DNA of 64,000 nt, from the NCBI RefSeq assembly GCF_009914755.1, contig NC_060932.1; one strand, written 5' to 3'. Position numbers and translations under genes: made by a program. Shown here in pieces: positions 28,489 to 40,038 of the stretch (position 1 is the first letter of the stretch; the number at the start of each line of letters is the position of its first letter). The notes below the pieces were generated by a model. That model saw only the letters and a list, made by a program, of their open reading frames with translations, made no database searches and was not told the DNA's origin. This DNA is from the human T2T-CHM13v2.0 reference genome, Homo sapiens.

Positions 28489-28794
28489 TTTTTTTTTTTT
28501 TTTTTTTTTTTTTTGAGATGGAGTCTCACTCTGTTGCCCCGACCAGAGTGCAGCGCGGCTATTTCAGCTCACTGTAACCTCTACCTTCCGGGCTCAAGTG
28601 ATTTTCCTGCCTCAACCTCCTGAGTAGCTGGGATTACAGGCACGCGCCAGCATGCCTGGCTAATTTTTCTATTTTTAGTAGAGACAGGGTCTCACTGTGG
28701 TGGCCATGTTGGTCTGGAATGCCTGACCTCATGATCTGCCAGCCTTGGCCTCCCAAAGTGCTGGGATTACAAGCATGAGCCACCGCGCCCGGCC
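28489..28794 (-). mobile_element. Alu SINE (AluSc/Sg-like)
   Basis: Antisense Alu with a T26 tail and TSD catggagctttttt on both sides. Confidence 0.95.
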
Positions 28795-29035
28795 CATGGA
28801 GCTTTTTTTCCTCCCAATTCTATCGACTGTATCCTTCCAGTTAATTTTACTTTTTGATGAACTTGAAACTACTAGTAAAAAGAGGGCTGGGTAAACATTT
28901 CAGCCTCAAGAGTAGGTAGTATTAGGAGTAGATTAAGAGGGAAATGTGCCAATGCATTAAGCCAAAAATCTGGTGAACAAGAGAAAGTGTGCCTTGCCCT
29001 TCATATCACATTATAATAATATTTAACAATGAAGG

Positions 29036-30866
29036 TTAGAGGTGACAGCGTGCTGGCAGTCCTCAGAGCCCTCACTTGCTCTTGGCACCTCCTCTGCCTG
29101 GGCTCCCACTTTGGCGGCACTTGAGGAGCCCTTCAGCCCACCACTGCACTGTGGGAGCCCCTTTCTGGGCTGGCAAGGCTGGAGCCCACTCCCTCAGCTT
29201 GCAGGGAGGTGTGGAGGGAGAGGGGCGAGCGGGAACCGGGGCTGCGTGCGGCGCTCGCGGGCCAGCTGGAGTTCTGGGTGGGCGTGGGATTGGCGGGCCT
29301 GTCACCGCACTGAGAGCAGTGGGCCAGCAGCTGCGGAGGGTGTACTGGGTCCCCGAGCAGTGCCAGCCCACTGGCGCTGTGCTCGATTTCTCACCGAACC
29401 TTAGCTGCCTTCCCGCAGGGCAGGGCTCGGGACCTGCAGCCCGCCATGCCTGCGCCTCCCACCCATTCCGTGGGTTCCTGTGCAGCCCGAGCATCCCCGA
29501 CGAGCGCAGCCCCCTGCTCCACGGTGCCCAGTCCCATCGACCACTCAAGGGCTGAGGAGTGCGGGCGCACGGCACGGGGACTGGAAGGCAGCTCCACCTG
29601 CAGCCCCAGTGCATGATCCACTGGGTGAAGCCAGCTGGGCTCCTGAGTCTGGTGGGGCCTTGGAGGACCTTTATGTCTAGCTCAGGGATTGTAAATACAC
29701 CAATCAGCACTCTGTATCTAGCTCAAGGTTTGTAAACACACCAATCAGCACCCTGTGTCTAGCTCAGGGTTTGTGAGTGCACCAATCGACACTCTGTATC
29801 TAGCTGCTCTGGTGGGGCCTTGGAGAACCTTTATGTCTAGCTCAGGGATTGTAAATACACCAATTGGCACTCTGTATCTAGCTCAAGGTTTGTAAACACA
29901 CCAATCAGCACCTTGTGTCTAGCTCAGGGTTTGTGAGTGCACCAATCGACCCTCTGTATCTAGCTACTCTGGTGGAGCCTTGGAGAACCTTAATGTCTAG
30001 CTCAGGGATTGCAAATACACCAATCAGCACCCTGGGTTTAGCTCAAGGTTTGTGAGTGCACCAATTGACACTCTGTATCTAGCTGCTCTGGTGGGGCCTT
30101 GGAGAACCTTTATGTCTAGCTCAGGGATTGTAAATACACCAATCAGTACTCTGTATCTAGCTCAAGGTTTGTAAACACACCAATCAGCACCCTGGGTTTA
30201 GCTCAAGGTTTGTGAATGCACCAATCGACACTCTGTATCTACCTGCTCTGGTGGGGCCTTGAAGAACCTTTGTGTCCATACTCTGTATCTAACTAATCTG
30301 ATGGGGACGTGGAGAACCTTTATATCTAGCTCAGGTATTGTAAACGCACCAGTCAGCACCCTGTCAAAACAGACCACTTGGCTCTACCAATCAGCAGGAT
30401 GCGGGTGGGGCCAGATAAGAGAATAAAAGCAGGCTGCCCGCGCCAGCAGTGGCAACCCGCTCGGGTCCCTTTCCACACTGTGGAAGCTTTGTTCTTTTGC
30501 TCTTTGCAATAAATCTTGCTACTGCTCACTCTTTGGGTCCACGCTGCTTTTATGAGCTGTAACACTCACTGCGAAGATCTGCAGCTTCACTCCTGAGCCC
30601 AGCAAGACCACGAGCCCATCAGGAGGAACGAACAACTCCAGACGTGCTGCCTTAAGAGCTGTAACACTCACTGCGAAGGTCTGCAGCTTCACTCCCGAGC
30701 CAGCGAGACCACGAACCCACCAGAAAGAAGAAACTCTGAACACATCTGAACATCAGAAAGGACAGACTCCAGACGCACCATCTTAAGAGCTGTAACACTC
30801 ACCGCGAGGGTCTGCAGCTTCATTCTTGAAGTCAGTGAGACCAAGAACCCACCAATTTCGGACACA
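29036..30866 (+). mobile_element. LTR12C (ERV9/HERV9) solo LTR
   Basis: Starts t(t)agaggtgacagcgtgctggcagtcctcagagccc and ends ccaatttcggacaca. It has a GC-rich 5' U3, tandem enhancer repeats, U5 repeats (gagctgtaacactcac x3) and a 4-bp TSD aagg/aagt. Confidence 0.96.
29649..30430 (+). promoter_or_regulatory. LTR12 U3 tandem enhancer/promoter: 12 CCAAT (NF-Y) boxes, GATA and AATAAA TATA-like box
   Basis: CCAAT at 29700, 29741, 29782, 29860, 29901, 29942, 30020, 30061, 30139, 30180, 30221 and 30387. agataagagaataaaag at ~30413. A second AATAAA (polyA signal) at ~30508. Confidence 0.8.
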
Positions 30867-30874
30867 AAGTCACC

Positions 30875-31100
30875 CTTATTACATGTGTTTCAGACACATT
30901 TTAAGTAGTTTATTAATTTCAACTCTTTTAACTAAGCTATGCAGAATAAGTCTTAAGTAGGCATTATCATTCCCTTTTCCAAATGAAAAAATTGAGGCAC
31001 AGAAAGGTAGATAATTTGCTGCAAGTTACACAGAACAGGATCCATATTCATATCCGTATTCAGTCTAGCCTGAGTCCAGGATCTTAATCCTTATGTAACA
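30875..31100 (-). mobile_element. MIR SINE
   Basis: attatcattcccttttccaaatgaaaaaattgaggcacagaaaggtagataatttgc. Confidence 0.7.
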
Positions 31101-34100
31101 CTGTAAATGATATTCCTTTCAAAAAAGAGTAAAATAATTAGTGTATTGTGCTTTTCTCTTCCTTCTAACATTTGAAGAAATCACTTTATCAATCTTAATC
31201 CTAAATGGTAAGCTCTCAACATTAGCAATTTAGTGCTTTTGAATTATTACATCTACTATGGTGATTCTTGTAGTGTATGGCATGAAAACATATTAGCTGA
31301 TTGATAAAAAATCATTACCATTTGACTTCTTACACTGAAAATTGGAAATAATCTGATAATTGTTAACACTGATTTCTCACTGGGTGACTCAGAGCCATGA
31401 AGAAACTTGGAAATTTGCATGTCTCTTGTAGGAAAACTATTCACACTAATTTTAACATGGCTCAGTGAAGTGAGCCAAGTGAAGAAGCCTTGGCTGTATA
31501 ATGAGACTGCACACAAAACTCAAGGGTATTCAACTTTAAATCAAGTCAGAAAATCTCCATGCAAGAGGTAGTGAAACCAGGTAGAACATTCAGACCTGCT
31601 TCTCAGATCACCGAACTATGTCTTAGGAGAGCAGAGTCCAGGGTCTGGGATGTCTGACTCTGTGCCTCTACTGGAAATGCACTATGGAAAGATCTGCCCC
31701 TCACTTCATCTCAATTCTCACACTTACCTCCATGTCTCCATTTGTCAATATCAATGTTAAGACCTTGCTCATTTAGGATTTTTCAAAATGCGGCTGACAA
31801 TATTTGCAAGATTTGTTATAGATTATTAGATTCGATATGTACCCTTCTACACCAGAATCTTCTACCAATTACTAGTGCCATACATGTATGTAACATCGTC
31901 CTTAAAGTAAGTTAGTGAATAAGACTGCCATTAGGCCTATGTAGTTGCTGGTAAGAAATCGAATCAAACAAGTCAATACATCATGTTGTTCTAAATATTT
32001 ATTATGTACCTTAGGAAAAATGATATTGAGGTATTGTTATGAAATTGTTCAAGGATTATAGAACTTTTGTTAAACCCAAGTATTTTCTAAATATCTTAGG
32101 AAAAGATTATTCATGAAGTCAGTGTATGTGCACAACTTAGGATATTACTGTATACATTCAGCAGATATTACTTAAGGACACACTGTCAAATGACTGTTAT
32201 CATTAGTTGGAGAGGTCTAGGGGATTAGCTATTTGACTTAGAAAAATGTGAAATTTATACTTTCAAAGTTATGGCACAAAGGCACATCAAACCAAAACAA
32301 GTACATTAGAGTATTCAAGAACCATATTCTAATGGTTTCCTTTTTAGTTTTCTTTAAATAAAAATTTCATGACAGTAGAAAGAGCTCTGGTGAATGCAAA
32401 GATGAAGACTATTATTTGCCCTCTTCTTACAGTGTCTCACCAAGGTATTTAGAAAGCCTGGTGAGTCTGTTATCCAAACACTTTGTAGTCCCAGCTCAGC
32501 GGGCTTTCACCCCCTCTGTGCCAGGTTGCCCTGCCTCTCCTGTGGCTACACTGTTTTTCGACTGTCATTTTTATTGAAAAATAAAAGCTAAATTGGAGTT
32601 TCAGAATACCTTCCATTTAACTCCTTTAATAAAACGGGAAAGATAAAAGCAACCTAGTCACAAGAGAAGTGTTTTTGAAAGCTATGCCTTGGATATCAGA
32701 GATGCAGAAATAAAAGGCTGCTTCAAAAATAGAGCCCACTGGCCTAGCGCTGGCCCTCTGCAGCTCTTCTCCTGTGCTAGACCGGCTTTTAGCTTTAATT
32801 TTTTATTCAAGAAGTTAAATGGGAGACGTGAAATAGTTTGGATCAAATATCCCAACAAATGGAAAACGGGCAGCAGATGACTCTTTTAAATGCATTATTC
32901 TTATGCACCTGAGCCAGACAACTTCGTCAGGCAATTTTGCACATGCCTGATAGAAAAGAGAATATTATTCATATTTCTGTACACAGAGAACTCTTTTTTC
33001 CACTAATCCCATGGGAAGAATAGTATTTCTCAAAGCCTGTCCCACTTAAAATAAGCATCAACACAATAAATGCTCTGAGGAGTCCCACGCTAAAGAGAAA
33101 CAAAATAAACAAAACTGTATAATTTTGTATTTGCCTAATCCATTTGTCTGTTAATTCCTTTAAAACTTTATATGTATTAATATCCCAAGATTCTTATCTA
33201 GAGATTGTATGATCTTGATCCTCAGTCACACTAGAAACATAGTTAAAAAATATTTTCAAAAGAAGGCATCCCTTTAGCTGTGTAATTATAGCTCTGTTTA
33301 ATGCATTTATGCTGATTATTGAATTAAGACCTACCATAGATCAAACATTTGAGGTAACAGTAGTATCTAATTGCAAATTGGCTGAGAGAGATTCGTGTTT
33401 AAGATAGCATAATTCAAATGTTAATTGATAGTAATTTTCAATAATTAAACTGACAAATGTAACTAAAGAGAATATGGAAGAGGAAGCAGTAGGATTTGGC
33501 AAAGGAAAAGATTGATAAAGTCCTTAAAGTTTAAGAAACATTTGATTTTACTATGAAATAGGTCATTTAGCTCTACACTGTTCAATAACCCCCATGCTCT
33601 ATTCCATTGTCCCTATAATGTTCAGCTAATGCTTTAATGAAAGTGACTCTAAAATACCCCTATTTGTCTTTTGCCCTCTTAATTAAAGCAAAAGACACAA
33701 CTTGGGATTGTAATATTCCCTTCTGGCTCTTACATATCTTTAAATATAATTTTTTTCAAAGAAGAACACTTTCAGTCATTTCACATTATTCTAACCAATT
33801 AAAGAGAAATGAGAAAATGGAAGTTATAATGATGTTAAGTATATCTCCCAGGATAAGTCCGTGTTGATGAAGAACGACCTGTGAAGAGACAACTGCTCTC
33901 CACCACTGCCAGATTCTGAGGGGTATGCTAAAAGCTTTCTAGTGGCCTTCAATCAGAACTGCCTCATTATTGTGAGCATGGTATTATTTTAAATTAGCTT
34001 TTTATATTTAATTAAATAACAGCTAGTCTAAAAAGTACCTCTTATTTTCCATGCCAGCATTTTGTATGACTACCTTCAAAATAAATTTCATAGAATAGGC

Positions 34101-34660
34101 AAAGAATAAACAGAAAGCAATTACTTTTTCTACATAGAGAAAAAGGAAAGAATGGGGGTAAATTTGGCAGCCTGTCTTTTGATCCCATGAAACAATCTCT
34201 TTTTTCAAAAGCACCATTATGCTTAATAATTACATAATTTTCCCTAGGCTCCAATAAAAAAGCAGAGAAGAATATTTCAACAATGCTAAGATGTAAATAG
34301 CATTACTATTGTCTTATGATCTTCAATAGCATATAACTGATCTGACCCAAATTGTGATCCTTACCAAATCGTTTTGCCCATTGAAGGATTCACTTACTTT
34401 CTTGCTTTAATATTCTTCATTGTGTTCCCTGGCCAGAGACAAAAGGATAATTTTGAAGGCATTGAAGACCATATTGTCTTTCAAGTGTTCATAGAAAAGT
34501 TTCCTTGGTAGCAATAACATTGCCTTTGAAAATGCAAAGGAGGTGAGTATAAAATCATGGAAATTCTAGAGTAGCTTAATTTGATATAATGTTTTAAAAT
34601 ATGAAGTAATATCATTATGGTTTTTAGTTTTTGTTTTATTTTTTAAAAGAGAGCATTTTA

Positions 34661-34975
34661 TTTTATTTTTTAAATTAATTAATTTTTTTTTTTTCCAGAA
34701 AGAGTCTCGCTCTGTTGCCCAGGTTAGAGGGCAGTGCCGTGATCTCGGCTCAGTTCAACCTCTACCTCTCAGGTTCAAGCAATTCTCATGCCTCAGCCTC
34801 CTGAGTAGCCGGGATTACAGACATGTACCACCACGCCCAGCTAATTTTTTATTTTAGTAGAGATGGGGTTTCACCATGTTGGCCAGGCTGGTCTTGAACT
34901 CCTGACCTCAGGTGATTGACCCACCTCAGCCTCCCAAAGTGCTGGGATTACAGGCATGAGCCACTGCACCTGGCC
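34661..34975 (-). mobile_element. Alu SINE (AluSx/Sz-like)
   Basis: Full antisense Alu. TSD aaaagagagcatttta / aaaagagggaatttta. Confidence 0.95.
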
Positions 34976-35669
34976 AAAAGAGGGAATTTTAGTCCAGATG
35001 TGATGGCACTTCTATTTTCAGGATTTGCTAAAATAAAATTCATTCAACATATAAAATAAAGCTTTAAAGTTCCATGTATTAGATCACAACTTGATTAAGA
35101 TGGTGCCTTTCCTGAATTACTGACATTTTTATTATTTCTAAACTAAAGCACTCTAAATACAATGATCGTTTTTCTCTGTCTACACTGAATATGTACTATA
35201 TGCTCCAAACCTATCTTACTAATTGAATAGGCAAGTACATATTTGCATATATACAAAGTATATGTACATTGTTATTCTGAAAACATTTTCTCCCTGAAAA
35301 GCCACAGGAAAAATGTGTATGAGCTAATTGTACATTGATGATGCAGAATGGTTATATTTTTCTCTGGTAGCTGAACATGTTTGGTGAGAATCAAATTCTT
35401 CAGCAAAGAACACACATTAGAATTAGGCAATATTTACTTTGGCATATGTCCATGATAAATGACACTAGGCATAACTGGTGTCTAAAAATCTCACTGATTA
35501 AAAATATTCTGCCAGTTTTCTGATGATATAAGGAGGAAACAAATGCACAAGTTTAGTTTTTTAAGTTTTCTATATTTTGTGTTTTCTAAAATATGATAAA
35601 GATAACTCCCAGACTTTCAAATATTAAAAAGACTGATGTGCATTCCTAAAAATGGTAATAATTACCATA

Positions 35670-37655
35670 TTATTTTTTATTTTTAAATTTTATTTCTTTT
35701 TTGACACAGTAATTTATGGGGTACATAGTAATGTTGTGATATATGTAATATGTAGTGATCAGATCAGGGTAACTAGCATACCTGTCATCTCAAATGTTTA
35801 TCATTTCTTGTGTTAGGAACATTCAATATCCCCTTCTAACTATTTGAAAGTATATGATATGTCATTGTCAACTATAGGCATCCTACAATGCTTCAGAACA
35901 CTAGAACTCTTACCTAGCTGTAATTTTGTATGCTTTAACAATTCTCTCATTACCCTCTCACTAGAAACTAGAGTCTTTAGAATCTTCTGTTCTACTTTTT
36001 ACTTCTATGAGATCACTGTTTTTTTATTTTTTAGATTCCACATGTGAATGAGAACATGCTATGTTTAACCTTTCTGTTCCTGGTTTATTTCACTTAGCAT
36101 AATGTCCCCCAGTATTATCCATTTTGCCTTGAATGATGGGACTTCATTAAATTTTGTCTGAATAATATTTCATTGTATATATAGAGAGAGAGCACACCTT
36201 ATCTGTTCAGCTGTTGTTGAACACCTACATAGCTAAGATATCATAATATCTTAGCTATTGTGCATAGTGCTATGACAAAGATGAGGGTGCTGGTGTCTCT
36301 TCTATATAATGTTTTTCTTTCCTTTGGATAAATTCCCAGTAGTGGGATTGAAGGATCACATGGTAGTTCTAGCTATAGTTTTTATTTTTTGGAAAGTCCG
36401 GACTATTCTCATAGTGGCTGTACTACTGTACTAGTTTACATTCTCTCCAATAGTGTATAAGAGTTCTTTTTTCTCTGCATGCTCACCAGCAAGTATTTTT
36501 TTTTTTTTGTCTTTTTGATAATAGCCATCATAACTGGGGTGAGATGATACCTCATTGTAGTCTTGATTTGCACTTCTCTGATGAAAAGTGGTGTTAAGCA
36601 TTTTAAAAATATATTTGTCATTTTTATGTCTTCTATTGAGAAACATTCACATTATTTGCCATTTTTTAATTGGATTTTTAAACCGTTAATTTGTTTGTGT
36701 TCCTTCTATATTAATCTCCAGTTAGGAGATTAATATACAGTTCATTGGGTAGGTGAAGTGTTTGAAAATACTTCTCCCATCCTGTAGGCTGTCTTTTCTC
36801 TTTGTTGATTGTTTTCTTTGCTATGAAGAAGATTTTTAGTTTAATAACATTCCATTTGTTCATTTTTGCTTCAGTTGCCTATGTTTTTGAGATGTTATTC
36901 ATGAAATCTTTTCCTTGACCAATGTCTTGAAGCATTTCCCCCATGTTTTCTTCTAGTAGTTTTATAGTTTTAGGTCTTACATTTAGGTCTTTTATCCATT
37001 TTGTGTTAATTTTTGTACAGGGTAAGAAGTAGGGGTCTTGTTTCATTCTTTTGCAAATGGACATCCAGTTTTCCCAGCACCATTTATTAAAGAGACTATC
37101 CTTTCTCCAGTGTATATTCTTGGAGTCTCTGAAAAACATCAATTGGCTGTAGATACATGGATTAATTTCTGTAGATATATGATTAATTTCATGGAACTAT
37201 TCTGTTCTATTGTTCTATGTTTCTGTTTTTATGCCATTACCATGCTGTTTTGGTTACCATAGTATTGTAGTATATTTTGAAGTCTAGTAGTGTAATGCCT
37301 CTACCTTTGTTCTTTTTGCTCAGAACTGCTTTGGCTATTCAGGGTCTCTTATTGTTTCATGCAAATTTTAGATTTTATTTCTGTGAAGGATGTCATTGAT
37401 ATTTTGATAGGGATTGCACTGAATCTGTACATTGCTTTGGATAGTATGGTCATTTTAATTATACTAACTCTTCTGATTCATGAGCACAAAATATTTTTCC
37501 ACTTGTTTCTATCCTCTTAAATTTCTTTCATCAGAGTTTTGTGGTTTCTCTTGTGAAAGTCTTTTACCTCCTTAAAGAAATTTATTCTCAGGTATGTTAT
37601 TTTTTTGTAGCTGTTGTAAATGGAATTGCCTTCTTGATTTCTTTTTCAACTAGTT
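35670..37655 (-). mobile_element. L1MA-type LINE, 5'-truncated (3' UTR plus ORF2 C-terminal part)
   Basis: 3' UTR ggggtacatagt...gtgatcagatcagggtaactagcat. ORF 36879..37142 ([13 protein letters not shown]...[12 protein letters not shown]) is L1 ORF2p. Confidence 0.9.
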
Positions 37656-38073
37656 TTTTGTTTAAATTAAACTTTTTTATTTTGAGATAATTTTAGATTT
37701 ACATGTGGTTTTAAGAAGTAATACAGAAAGTTTTCATGTACCCTTTACCCAGTTTCCTCCAATAGTAACATCTTGTAAAATTACAGTACAGTATTTCAAC
37801 CAGGATATTGAAATTGACAGTCAGGATATAGAGTATTTTCATCACCTCGGAATTCCCCCATATTGCTTTTTTATACCTATACCTACTTTCCTCCCACTGA
37901 CACCCTTCCTTAACCTCTGACAACCACTCATCTGTTCTCCATTTTACAATTTTGTCATTTCAATAGTATGATATAAATAAAATCATAAAATATTTAATCT
38001 TTTGGAATGGAATTTTCACTCATAAACCTTTAGAAATGTTGCCAGGTTATAGTTCAATCCTTTTTATTGCTGA

Positions 38074-38405
<332 letters not shown>

Positions 38406-39848
38406 GAATACCACAAATTTTTAAACATTTACCTGATGAAAAACATCTTTGTTATTCCCTTTTTTTGCTATTACCAATAAAGCCACTATACACATATTAT
38501 TTTAGGCTTTTGTGTAAACCTATGGTGTTTTCTCCCCCTCTGAAATAAAAGCCCAGGAATGAAATTGTTGACTTGTATGATAATAATATATTTCATTTCT
38601 GTTTGTTTGTTTTTAATAAACTGCCAAACTCATTTTCGGAGTGGCTGTATCATTTTCCGTTCTCACCAGGAACATGAGTGATATAGTTTCTCTGCATCCT
38701 TGCCAGCAGTTAGTGTTATGCTTTTTAAAATTTTAGCCATTGTAATAGGTGTGTACTGATACATTATTATGATTTTCATTTTCATTACCTCAATGGCTAA
38801 TGAAGTAGAATATCTTTTCATGTGCTTATTTTTCATCTCTATATTGTCTTTGTTGAAATATCCTTTATTTTTAGCTCACATCTTCCAATACATAAAAACA
38901 ACGTTATTCCATTTTAGTATTGTATTTTTTTTGTTTTACTGTTGTTTTTAAAGTTCTTTATATTGTCTAGATATTAGTACTTTGTCAGATATGTGGCTTG
39001 CAAATGTTTTTCCCAGTATGAAATTTGTGTTTTTATTCTCTAAACAGGAACATTCACAGAGGCAAAGATTTTAATTTTGATGGCAGCCATCAAAATTATC
39101 ATTTTTGTCCTTTAATTGATTATACTTTTGGTGTCAACTTTAAAAGCTCCTTTCTTAGCCCTAAACCCCAAATATTTTCTTCTATTTTTTCTAAAAGTTT
39201 TATATCTTTACATTTTGCATTTAGATCCATGATCCATTTTTTTTGTTAATTTTTGTATAAGGTATGAAAGTTAAATGAAAGTTTTATTGTTGTTGTCGTT
39301 GCCTAAGGATATTCAACTGAATTGGCATCATTTGATGAATGACTATCTCTTCTTCACTAAAATGATTTTGCGTAGATCTATTTCTGGGTAGTTTATTCTG
39401 CTCCATTGATCCATGTGTCTATCACTAACACTGCACAATCTGTATTACTCCTATCATGAACTAAGTGTCAAATAGGGTAGACTCATTCTTTATGCTTTAT
39501 TCTTCTTTTCAAAAATTGCTATAGCTATTCTAGTTCCTTTACTATGTTTGAGTCTTCCAATACATATATATAATATGTTTCACCATTTTTTAGACCTTCT
39601 TTGATTTTTTTATCAGTGTTTTGGCATATAAGTCTTAAAACAGGTTTTATTGGATCTACATCTAACAATTTTGATTTAAATGGTTGGAAATGATATTATA
39701 TTTTTTTATTTTGGTGTCCACATGTTAATAGTTATTACATAAAAAATGTATTTTATTTGTACAGGTTTATCTTATATCCTGTGACTGCTGAGTTCACTTA
39801 TCCGTTAGTTATTTTTACATTTTCTCATAGACATCTTGTGTTTTCCAC

Positions 39849-40038
39849 TATGTATATATGTATATATATGTATATATGTATATATATGTATATATGTATA
39901 TATGCATATATATGTATATATGTATATATATGTATATATGTATATATGTATATATGTATATATATGTGTATATATTTGTATATGTGTATATATATGTATA
40001 TATATGTGTGTGTATATATATATATATGTATATATATG
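39849..40038. repeat. (TATATG)n microsatellite
   Basis: About 190 bp of purine-pyrimidine alternation. It is the source of the Y/I/H-rich spurious ORFs. Confidence 0.95.

Noticed and set aside
29649-30360. Regularly spaced repeats superficially like a CRISPR array
   Set aside because: These are the known LTR12 U3 tandem repeats. There are no unique spacers or cas genes and the context is eukaryotic.
29042-30743. Long GC-rich ORFs (up to 212 aa)
   Set aside because: They lie entirely inside the LTR12C. Overlapping ORFs on both strands reflect GC richness, not a gene.
32742-32766. CTCF-like motif (minus strand gctgcagagggccagcgc)
   Set aside because: Only a partial match to the core consensus, which cannot be supported without ChIP data.
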